20,000 nt of DNA from an uncultured virus (IMG/VR IMGVR_UViG_3300022752_000053). Its lineage: Duplodnaviria; Heunggongvirae; Uroviricota; Caudoviricetes. Made by a program: the position numbers and the translations under genes. Within the stretch, counting starts at the first letter, position 1. Each line of letters begins with the position of its first letter. The stretch lies in the IMG/VR virus record IMGVR_UViG_3300022752_000053, one strand, 5' to 3'. A model generated the notes under the pieces. It was not told the DNA's origin. It did not search any database and worked only from the letters and a program-made list of their open reading frames with translations. Of the stretch, positions 1-6,396 are shown piece after piece.

Positions 1-1
1 T

Positions 2-130
2 GTAGAAGCAATTATGAAATTCTGGCAGGAGACTGGACATACAATTCCAATTAGTAGTTTGTTAGATTATGATTACTATGACCACTACATGAGACCAGTT
101 ACAAAACCGTCCATGGAAGAAAAGACTTGA
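2..130 (+). CDS. 3' end of an upstream hypothetical protein (partial)
   Basis: Frame 2 is open from the window edge (VEAIMKFWQETGHTIPISSLLDYDYYDHYMRPVTKPSMEEKT) to TGA at 128-130. Confidence 0.5.
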   Translation, partial: VEAIMKFWQETGHTIPISSLLDYDYYDHYMRPVTKPSMEEKT

Positions 131-160
131 CACAGAAACTGCCCTCTGTTAAAATAAATA
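127..160 (+). promoter_or_regulatory. Composite sigma70-type promoter plus T4-like late promoter
   Basis: TTGACA 127-132, 17-bp spacer, TAAAAT 150-155, overlapping AATAAATA 153-160. Confidence 0.75.
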
Positions 161-212
161 GGTCTTGAGATTCTTGAAAAGTCTCTCTTAACATTTCACT
201 AAACTAAAATTT

Positions 213-1097
213 ATGATTACTCGTTCAATTCTTGCCGGTGTTGCTGTTATCGCAACCTCTGCTCCTGTACTTGCTGCTCCTGCTACCTATTCGGATTTGC
301 AACCTACCGACTGGGCATATCAGGCAATTCAAAATCTTAACTCACGCTATGGATGCCTTGCTGGTTATCCTAACGGCACTCTTAAGCCTGGTGCTGATGC
401 AACTCGTAATGAAGTATTTGCTCTGACCAATCATTGTCTTGACAACATCACTGCATTTTATACTGAAGCAGATGCTAAGTTGGCAGCTGCTCTTCGGGCA
501 CAAATCGGTGCTGTGAGCAACCGTGTAACCAAGTTGGAAGTTGCTGCTGTGACTGCAACTCAACGTCGTGAACTCGGTGTTGGTAACTATGGTGGTATTG
601 CCTTTGCTGGTAATGCTGCTAACTATCCTGGTATTACTGCTAATGCTGCTCGTGTTTATGAGTCAGGTATTACTCTTCAAGGTCGTGTAAAGGCACTTGA
701 TCTTGGTAATCAGTATGCCGTCTCCGCTCGTCCTTATGTGACCTTGACTTCTACTCCTAACTATGTGAGTGGTGGTGTATTCGGTGGTGGACTTGCTACT
801 CTTGATATTCCCGTTGCTCGTCGTACTCTTGCCGATGGTAGTCAAGTATCTGCTGCCAACATCTATGTTGGTGCTGGTGGTCAGGTGGGTGGCAATCAGG
901 GTGCTGGTATCGGTGTTGCAGGTGCGGAAGTATCCGTAGCAAAGAACATCGTTCTCTTTGCCGATGCCAAGATTCCTTTTAGTAACACTGGTGCCGAGAC
1001 CTTTGGATCTGTAAAGGCTGGTAGAGCTACCTACAATTACGGCAGTGGTCAAGGTTACAATGTAACTGGCACTGTCGGACTTGGTTTCAAGTTCTGA
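213..1097 (+). CDS. SLH-domain outer-membrane beta-barrel protein (cyanobacterial Som/porin-like N-terminus)
   Basis: Signal peptide (about aa 1-21). SDLQPTDWAYQAIQNLNSRYGCLAGYPNGT...TRNE...CLD matches the SLH N-terminus of cyanobacterial porins. Coiled coil follows, then Gly-rich amphipathic strands and C-terminal VGLGFKF with terminal Phe. Confidence 0.8.
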   Translation: MITRSILAGVAVIATSAPVLAAPATYSDLQPTDWAYQAIQNLNSRYGCLAGYPNGTLKPGADATRNEVFALTNHCLDNITAFYTEADAKLAAALRAQIGAVSNRVTKLEVAAVTATQRRELGVGNYGGIAFAGNAANYPGITANAARVYESGITLQGRVKALDLGNQYAVSARPYVTLTSTPNYVSGGVFGGGLATLDIPVARRTLADGSQVSAANIYVGAGGQVGGNQGAGIGVAGAEVSVAKNIVLFADAKIPFSNTGAETFGSVKAGRATYNYGSGQGYNVTGTVGLGFKF

Positions 1098-1109
1098 TAA
1101 TTTAATTTC

Positions 1110-1138
1110 AAGAGAGGGTTGACACCCTCTCTTTTTTT
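1110..1138 (+). terminator. Intrinsic terminator
   Basis: Perfect 10-bp stem AAGAGAGGGT/ACCCTCTCTT, loop TGAC, followed by a T-run. Confidence 0.85.
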
Positions 1139-1147
1139 CTATATAAT
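1119..1147 (+). promoter_or_regulatory. Sigma70-type promoter for hli, embedded in the terminator
   Basis: TTGACA 1119-1124, 17-bp spacer, TATAAT 1142-1147. Confidence 0.85.
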
Positions 1148-1150
1148 ATT

Positions 1151-1168
1151 GTTGTAAAACTTCATAAA
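1151..1168 (-). promoter_or_regulatory. HLR1-like (RpaB) direct repeat
   Basis: Minus strand reads TTTATGAA-GT-TTTACAAC versus consensus KTTACAWW-N2-KTTACAWW, overlapping the predicted hli start site. Confidence 0.45.
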
Positions 1169-1174
1169 GCACTA

Positions 1175-1384
1175 ATGACTGTTACGACTGAAGACGGTGG
1201 ACGCCAAAATATGTTTGCCAGAGAACCCAAAATGTACATTACTGAGGAAGATCAAATGAAACACGAACAAGAAACTTATAGCGAACGTGCAGAAAAACTG
1301 AATGGACGTTTTGCAATGCTGGGAGTAATTGCTGCTCTTGGTGCGTATGCTCTAACAGGACAGATTATTCCTGGGTTATGGTGA
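1175..1384 (+). CDS. hli: High-light-inducible protein (HliA/B type)
   Basis: AEKLNGRFAMLG chlorophyll-binding motif, TGQIIPGLW terminus, and N-terminal GGRQNMFAREPKMY motif. Confidence 0.95.
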   Translation: MTVTTEDGGRQNMFAREPKMYITEEDQMKHEQETYSERAEKLNGRFAMLGVIAALGAYALTGQIIPGLW

Positions 1385-1392
1385 AATAAATA
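1385..1392 (+). promoter_or_regulatory. T4-like late promoter
   Basis: AATAAATA 21 nt upstream of the 1414 ATG. Confidence 0.65.
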
Positions 1393-1413
1393 GAGGGCAT
1401 AAAAGAGATTTGT

Positions 1414-2106
1414 ATGAAAATAGATTTGCATAACTTTTTTAAGAATTATGATGCAAAAAATCCAAAGCACGTTGCTGCAGTAGATGAACTTCAATCAAAT
1501 ATTGAGAAGTATGCTGCGGCACTGCTTGAGGATAGTGCAAATTGGGTTCGTATTTACCGAACCAAAGTAGAAAAACCAAAGTCATCTATTCGTTTAGATG
1601 TTCCTTATTATCCACAGACTGATAATTATACAGATGCATCGCGCACTTGTAATAGTTCTAGTTGTGCGATGTGCCTTCAGTATTTTAAACCAGGCACACT
1701 AAAGGGAGCACAAGGAGATGATGCGTATGTTCGCAAAGTCTTTTCAATCGGTGATACAACAGATCACGAAGTTCAAACAAAGGCATTATCTGACTACGGT
1801 ATCCGTTCTCAGTTTAGTTACAATCTGTCTTTCGCAGATATTGATTGTGAGTTGTCTGCTGGACGACCTGTGGTTATTGGCATTCTCCATAGAGGTTCTT
1901 TGTCTAATCCTACTGGTGGCCACATGGTCGTTGTAGTTGGTAAGACAGATGGTGGTGATTATGTTGTAAATGATCCTTATGGTTCACTCAACGATGGTTA
2001 TACTGGGGATGTTTATAATGGTAAGGGTGCTATCTATAAGAAGTCTGAATTAGTTGCTCGTTGGTGCCCAAATGGGAACGATGGATGGGGTAGGATTTTC
2101 GCATGA
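1414..2106 (+). CDS. C39-like cysteine peptidase, putative cell-wall hydrolase
   Basis: VPYYPQTDN...TCNSSSCAM (Gln/Cys), GGHMVVVVG (His), VNDPYG (Asp). Confidence 0.8.
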   Translation: MKIDLHNFFKNYDAKNPKHVAAVDELQSNIEKYAAALLEDSANWVRIYRTKVEKPKSSIRLDVPYYPQTDNYTDASRTCNSSSCAMCLQYFKPGTLKGAQGDDAYVRKVFSIGDTTDHEVQTKALSDYGIRSQFSYNLSFADIDCELSAGRPVVIGILHRGSLSNPTGGHMVVVVGKTDGGDYVVNDPYGSLNDGYTGDVYNGKGAIYKKSELVARWCPNGNDGWGRIFA

Positions 2107-2777
2107 CTATTAACTTTTTAGATGCGATTAAGTATAATAAGAATACTCCAGAGCAACTAAAAGCATGGGAGTATCTTCAACAGCACGTAGCACCTGAGAT
2201 TCTGGAAGAGTTTGCAAAACTCTATAGAACAAAACCGCCAGTTTATGGTATGCAACTTGTTTCAAAAGAACAACTTGCATTCATTTGGGGTTGTAGTACT
2301 ACACTTATTCAAGATACAGAAATTGTTGAACTGAATAAGTGCCTGAAGACTTTTGATATCACTACTCCTGTTCGTATTCGCCACTTCCTCGCACAGATTT
2401 CTCATGAGTCTGGTGGTGGAAGATATAACCTGGAACTGGCATCCGGTGATGCTTATGAGGGTCGTAGTGACCTTGGAAATACTCATTCTGGTGATGGGCC
2501 AAGATATAAAGGTGCCGGGTATATTCAACTGACTGGTAGAGCAAACTATCAGGCATTTGCTAATTATATCAAGGATCCTGATGTGATGGATGGTGTAGCA
2601 TATGTTGCAACTCGTTATCCATTTACCAGTGCTGGTTTCTGGTGGATGAATACTCAAATGAATGCTTTATGTGATACGAATCCAACGGTAGAGCAGGTTA
2701 CTCTCAGAGTAAATGGTGGATATAACGGATTGGATGATCGTAAGATGTATTACAAGAGATGTTGTAATGTAATATGA
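2103..2777 (+). CDS. GH19 (chitinase class I-like) endolysin
   Basis: [20 protein letters not shown]...[20 protein letters not shown] and [11 protein letters not shown] motifs; ATGA overlap with the previous gene. Confidence 0.9.
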   Translation: MTINFLDAIKYNKNTPEQLKAWEYLQQHVAPEILEEFAKLYRTKPPVYGMQLVSKEQLAFIWGCSTTLIQDTEIVELNKCLKTFDITTPVRIRHFLAQISHESGGGRYNLELASGDAYEGRSDLGNTHSGDGPRYKGAGYIQLTGRANYQAFANYIKDPDVMDGVAYVATRYPFTSAGFWWMNTQMNALCDTNPTVEQVTLRVNGGYNGLDDRKMYYKRCCNVI

Positions 2778-2971
2778 TACAATTAAATCCACCAATTCCT
2801 TTAATTACCTCAAAGGGTAATGGGTGGGCGTTTTTTCTAATTGATAGATCTCAAGAGCACGATTTAGAATGGGTCGTATTTTTAAATGATACTGGAGAAT
2901 GTTGGACTTTTAATAATTCTCAAGTGAAAATTCAGAAGAATTATACTATGAAAAGAAACTCACAAATGTGA
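2774..2971 (+). CDS. Conserved phage hypothetical protein
   Basis: 65-aa ORF coupled by an ATGA overlap; QLNPPIP...[15 protein letters not shown]...GECWT pattern recalled from phage hypotheticals. Confidence 0.65.
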   Translation: MIQLNPPIPLITSKGNGWAFFLIDRSQEHDLEWVVFLNDTGECWTFNNSQVKIQKNYTMKRNSQM

Positions 2972-2972
2972 T

Positions 2973-3161
2973 CTAATTTTCTTGACTGCGTATCCAGTCT
3001 TTTAATCTATAAACATATTGACGGAGATATTCGGCTTGTTCTTCATGCCAGGTATCTCCGGTTTTTATATAAATGTCTGTATGATTATCTATTGCCTTCA
3101 ATATCCTATGAATAGGACCATTCCACGGTTCTCTAATCGGAGTGTTGAAGTCCCTAGACAT
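2973..3161 (-). CDS. Conserved cyanophage hypothetical protein (likely start 3161, MSRDFNTPIREPWN)
   Basis: ORF track gives 2973-3203; the internal Met lies just downstream of a late-promoter-like TCTAAATA (minus strand, 3181-3188). Confidence 0.65.
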   Translation of the reverse strand: MSRDFNTPIREPWNGPIHRILKAIDNHTDIYIKTGDTWHEEQAEYLRQYVYRLKDWIRSQEN

Positions 3162-3180
3162 TATTGGAAGGTTCTTGAAA

Positions 3181-3212
3181 TATTTAGATAAAAGATTCGT
3201 CATAAATATTTA
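3181..3212. promoter_or_regulatory. Divergent late promoters
   Basis: CATAAATA (+, 3201-3208) before the 3229 gene; TCTAAATA (-, 3181-3188) before the 3161 gene. Confidence 0.5.
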
Positions 3213-3228
3213 AAATTTTAATTGTGCG

Positions 3229-3564
3229 ATGGCAGTTCCAGCAGTCAATATAACAATTGAACAGGGCACTGATTATACGCAAGATTTTATTGTGAAAAAT
3301 TCAGATCAATCTGTATTGAATTTGAGTGGATATACTTCACAAGCTAAAATAAGAAAATTTTCAGATGCAACAACATATTCATCATTTAATGTTGGCATCA
3401 CATCAAGTTTGGGAAAGATTACAATCTCAATGGCAAATACTGTAACAAGCTCATTAGATTCTGGAAGACACTATTATGATATTGTAATTGTTTCAACTGC
3501 AACATCATCAATTACAAAAGTATATACTGGAATGGCTATGGTTAATGCATCAGTAACAGTTTGA
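3229..3564 (+). CDS. Small beta-rich putative virion structural protein
   Basis: NITIEQGTDY...LNLSGYT...KIRK...GRHYYDIVI pattern typical of cyanomyophage structural proteins; late promoter upstream. Confidence 0.65.
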   Translation: MAVPAVNITIEQGTDYTQDFIVKNSDQSVLNLSGYTSQAKIRKFSDATTYSSFNVGITSSLGKITISMANTVTSSLDSGRHYYDIVIVSTATSSITKVYTGMAMVNASVTV

Positions 3565-3594
3565 CAGGATTTCCTGACAGTGCTATAATAAATA
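3561..3594 (+). promoter_or_regulatory. psbA composite promoter (sigma70 with extended -10, plus late promoter)
   Basis: TTGACA 3561-3566, 17-bp spacer, TG-c-TATAAT 3581-3589, overlapping AATAAATA 3587-3594. Confidence 0.85.
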
Positions 3595-3612
3595 GATGTT
3601 AAGGAATGTAAA
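3595..3612 (-). promoter_or_regulatory. HLR1-like (RpaB) direct repeat
   Basis: Minus strand reads TTTACATT-CC-TTAACATC; the first half-site is a perfect KTTACAWW. Confidence 0.6.
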
Positions 3613-3622
3613 GTTTCTTAAT

Positions 3623-3716
3623 CTTGCCGCACCAGGACTAGGCAAGTAAAATCCGTCCTTATACCTATGCAGGAGGGTTGCATAGGAATACTTTTACCGT
3701 TCAGCACCTCCTGAAC
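3623..3716 (+). ncRNA. PhotoRC-II-like cis-regulatory RNA in the psbA 5' UTR
   Basis: Three hairpins: CTTGCC/GGCAAG, CCTATGCA/TGCATAGG and GTTCAG/CTGAAC. Possible pseudoknots AGGAC/GTCCT and GAGG/CCTC. Located directly upstream of a phage psbA. Confidence 0.7.
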
Positions 3717-3740
3717 TCATATCTACCCCTTTAACGAAAA

Positions 3741-4820
3741 ATGACTGCTACAATTGCTACACGCAAAACTTTTAATGCCTGGGACGAATTCTGCTCCTGG
3801 GTGACTTCTACCGATAATCGTCTTTATGTTGGTTGGTTCGGCGTTCTGATGATTCCAACGTTGCTTGCTGCAACCACTTGCTTTATCATCGCATTCATCG
3901 GTGCCCCCCCTGTGGACATTGATGGCATTCGTGAACCTGTATCTGGTTCATTAATGTATGGAAACAACATTATCTCTGGTGCTGTTGTTCCTTCTTCTAA
4001 TGCTATTGGACTTCACTTGTATCCTATCTGGGAAGCTGCCTCTCTGGATGAGTGGTTATACAATGGTGGACCTTTTCAACTTGTTGTATTTCACTTTCTC
4101 ATTGGTATCTTCTGCTATATGGGTCGTGAATGGGAACTCTCCTATCGTTTAGGTATGCGTCCTTGGATTATGGTTGCTTATAGCGCACCTGTTGCTGCTG
4201 CGACTGCCGTATTCCTGGTGTATCCTTTCGGTCAAGGTTCTTTCTCTGATGCTATGCCTCTTGGTATTTCTGGCACATTCAATTATATGCTCGTCTTCCA
4301 GGCAGAACATAACATTCTGATGCATCCTTTTCATATGCTTGGAGTTGCTGGTGTATTTGGTGGTTCACTTTTCTCTGCGATGCACGGAAGTTTGGTAACC
4401 TCATCACTGGTTCGTGAAACTACTGAAAACGAAAGTCAAAACTATGGGTACAAGTTCGGACAAGAAGAAGAAACCTACAATATTGTTGCAGCACACGGAT
4501 ACTTCGGAAGACTTATCTTCCAGTATGCATCCTTTAACAATAGCAGGAGCCTTCACTTTTTTCTGGCTGCTTGGCCTGTTGTTGGTATCTGGTTCACTGC
4601 TCTTGGCGTGTCTACGATGGCCTTTAACCTTAATGGGTTCAATTTTAACCAGTCTCTACTTGATAGTCAAAACCGAGTAATTCCTACTTGGGCTGATATT
4701 CTTAACAAAGCAGGACTTGGGCTCGAGGTAATGCACGAAAGAAATGCACATAATTTTCCTTTGGACTTGGCTGCTGCCGAAGCAACTCCTGTTGCTTTAA
4801 CTGCACCTGCTATTGGTTAA
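3741..4820 (+). CDS. psbA: Photosystem II D1 protein (intron-less, Glu130)
   Basis: [44 protein letters not shown], plus a 15-aa C-terminal extension. Confidence 0.99.
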   Translation: MTATIATRKTFNAWDEFCSWVTSTDNRLYVGWFGVLMIPTLLAATTCFIIAFIGAPPVDIDGIREPVSGSLMYGNNIISGAVVPSSNAIGLHLYPIWEAASLDEWLYNGGPFQLVVFHFLIGIFCYMGREWELSYRLGMRPWIMVAYSAPVAAATAVFLVYPFGQGSFSDAMPLGISGTFNYMLVFQAEHNILMHPFHMLGVAGVFGGSLFSAMHGSLVTSSLVRETTENESQNYGYKFGQEEETYNIVAAHGYFGRLIFQYASFNNSRSLHFFLAAWPVVGIWFTALGVSTMAFNLNGFNFNQSLLDSQNRVIPTWADILNKAGLGLEVMHERNAHNFPLDLAAAEATPVALTAPAIG

Positions 4821-4842
4821 TAACTACTCATAACATGAGTTT

Positions 4843-4870
4843 AACTACCCCCACTCGGGGTAGTTTTTTT
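4843..4870 (+). terminator. Intrinsic terminator after psbA
   Basis: 9-bp stem AACTACCCC/GGGGTAGTT, 5-nt loop, T-run. Confidence 0.85.
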
Positions 4871-4875
4871 ATACA

Positions 4876-4883
4876 AATAAATA
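4876..4883 (+). promoter_or_regulatory. T4-like late promoter for the HNH gene
   Basis: AATAAATA immediately after the terminator. Confidence 0.65.
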
Positions 4884-4890
4884 CTCATAG

Positions 4891-5274
4891 ATGCTTTCCT
4901 ACATGGAACTCTACAATTCTTCTGAAGATTATTTGTATCATCTACATGCAACTTCTTCATCAGATGCAAAACGAATGTGGAGACAATCAATAAAGGAAAA
5001 ATGGAATCATAAATGTGCTTATTGCGAAAGCCCAGAAAATTTGACAATTGACCATGTAATACCACAATGTAAAGGTGGCAGTGATTTCATTACAAATGTA
5101 GTCTGTTGCTGCAAATCCTGCAACAATTCAAAGTCACATACAGATTGGGAAACTTGGTATTACAATCAAGATTTCTTTACGGAAAAAAGATATGATGCTA
5201 TAGTGGAGTGGATGACACCTAAAACAAATTCAAATTTATATAAGTATCGTCCAAGAAAAAATTGTGCATATTAA
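4891..5274 (+). CDS. Free-standing HNH endonuclease (start may be 4903)
   Basis: CAYC...LTIDHVIPQCKGG...NVVCCCKSCNNSK zinc-finger HNH motif. Confidence 0.9.
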   Translation: MLSYMELYNSSEDYLYHLHATSSSDAKRMWRQSIKEKWNHKCAYCESPENLTIDHVIPQCKGGSDFITNVVCCCKSCNNSKSHTDWETWYYNQDFFTEKRYDAIVEWMTPKTNSNLYKYRPRKNCAY

Positions 5275-5279
5275 AATTT

Positions 5280-5287
5280 AATAAATA
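5280..5287 (+). promoter_or_regulatory. T4-like late promoter
   Basis: AATAAATA between HNH and speD. Confidence 0.55.
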
Positions 5288-5298
5288 TTAATATTCTT

Positions 5299-5664
5299 TT
5301 GGTGGAATTGGAAAATCATCTGGGAACTCACTACATTTTGGATGCTTGTAATTCAAATGGGGAATTGTTAAATAACAAAGAATACATCATGAATTCTTTG
5401 AAACATGCTATACTAAAGTCAAATGCCACTTTAGTGGAAGAAATTGCTGTGGAATTTACTCCACAGGGAATTACTGCAGTTTGTTTACTTGCAGAGTCTC
5501 ATCTTTCAATTCATACTTGGCCAGAGAAAAGTTATGCTGCAATAGATATCTTTACTTGTGGCGATCATTGTAATCCTATCGACGCTTGTAATTTTTTGGT
5601 GAATGCATTTGAATCTAAAACTCCAAAGATACATGTTATTAATCGTGGATATGGATTCTCATAG
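5299..5664 (+). CDS. speD: S-adenosylmethionine decarboxylase proenzyme (pyruvoyl-dependent)
   Basis: GTHYILD...FTPQGIT...LAESHLSIHTWPE...AIDIFTCG with the E/S self-cleavage site; start codon uncertain (TTG/GTG). Confidence 0.92.
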   Translation: MVELENHLGTHYILDACNSNGELLNNKEYIMNSLKHAILKSNATLVEEIAVEFTPQGITAVCLLAESHLSIHTWPEKSYAAIDIFTCGDHCNPIDACNFLVNAFESKTPKIHVINRGYGFS

Positions 5665-5746
5665 TATTTCTCCTCAATTTCAAATGCTTGTGGGAGTTAT
5701 CATTTCAATCTTAATTATTATTTTACCAATTTTAATAATCTTATGA
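5651..5746 (+). CDS. Small single-pass membrane protein (31 aa), not in the ORF track
   Basis: MDSHSISPQFQMLVGVIISILIIILPILIIL; fills the speD-grx gap and its stop overlaps the grx start as ATGA. Confidence 0.55.
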   Translation: MDSHSISPQFQMLVGVIISILIIILPILIIL

Positions 5747-5979
5747 AATTTACAGTTTATTCAAAAGATGGTTGTCCATATTGCACAAAAATTCAACAAG
5801 TGCTAGACTTGACCCATCTTGAGCACATAATCTACAAACTTGACGTAGACTATACGAAAGAGCAATTTTATAATGAATTTGGGCAAGGATCAACCTTTCC
5901 CCAAATTATATGTGATGAAAAGCATCTGGGAGGATGCTCCGATACAATTCAATATCTTAGAGAAAATAAATTGGTCTAA
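5743..5979 (+). CDS. nrdC: Glutaredoxin (NrdC-like)
   Basis: CPYC active site, TFPQI and LGGCSD. Confidence 0.92.
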   Translation: MKFTVYSKDGCPYCTKIQQVLDLTHLEHIIYKLDVDYTKEQFYNEFGQGSTFPQIICDEKHLGGCSDTIQYLRENKLV

Positions 5980-6197
5980 TGTCCAACTATGATACTACCT
6001 CAATAAATAAAGGTGTGGAGTTATTACTAAGGAGGAAAAGGAAACCAGAATGTCCAAAGATTTTTAAATTTGGATTTGAAAAAATGGTTTCTCTCCTTGG
6101 AAGAGAGATAACTGTTTCATTTAATTTTTCGTTTGATATAAAAAAACAGTTTCTCCGGGAGAAAAAAAATGTTGGCAGTAACTCTAACAATCTTTAG
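5979..6197 (+). CDS. Conserved cyanophage hypothetical protein
   Basis: TAATG-coupled to grx; INKGVELLLR motif. Confidence 0.6.
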   Translation: MSNYDTTSINKGVELLLRRKRKPECPKIFKFGFEKMVSLLGREITVSFNFSFDIKKQFLREKKNVGSNSNNL

Positions 6198-6396
6198 TTT
6201 TATCTCGATTCTATTCTTACTTGTTGGAACAATTATAGGATGGACAATGAAAGATTATTTCTACCAAACAGCATCTCCACAACTTCATCCAGAAATGTAT
6301 GATGAAAATGGTAATATTTTACCTGATGAAATTTTAGCCCTACGATTTGAAAATACCTATGACTCAGACGAAGACGACGACGAAGACGACAACTAA
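6169..6396 (+). CDS. DUF2973-like membrane protein
   Basis: N-terminal TM helix, HPEMYDENG motif, acidic tail. Confidence 0.75.
   Translation: MLAVTLTIFSFISILFLLVGTIIGWTMKDYFYQTASPQLHPEMYDENGNILPDEILALRFENTYDSDEDDDEDDN

Noticed and set aside
663..1172. 169-aa minus-strand ORF (and 342-563)
   Set aside because: Antisense to the strongly codon-biased outer-membrane protein gene; its Thr/Ser richness mirrors GGT/GCT codons
3958..4680. Alternative-frame ORFs inside psbA
   Set aside because: Expected by-products of biased codon usage; no independent evidence
3741..4820. Group I intron in psbA
   Set aside because: The reading frame is continuous, 359 aa, and co-linear with D1
4826..4840. Small hairpin ACTCAT-AAC-ATGAGT after the psbA stop
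   Set aside because: A 6-bp AT-rich stem is too weak to call as a separate element
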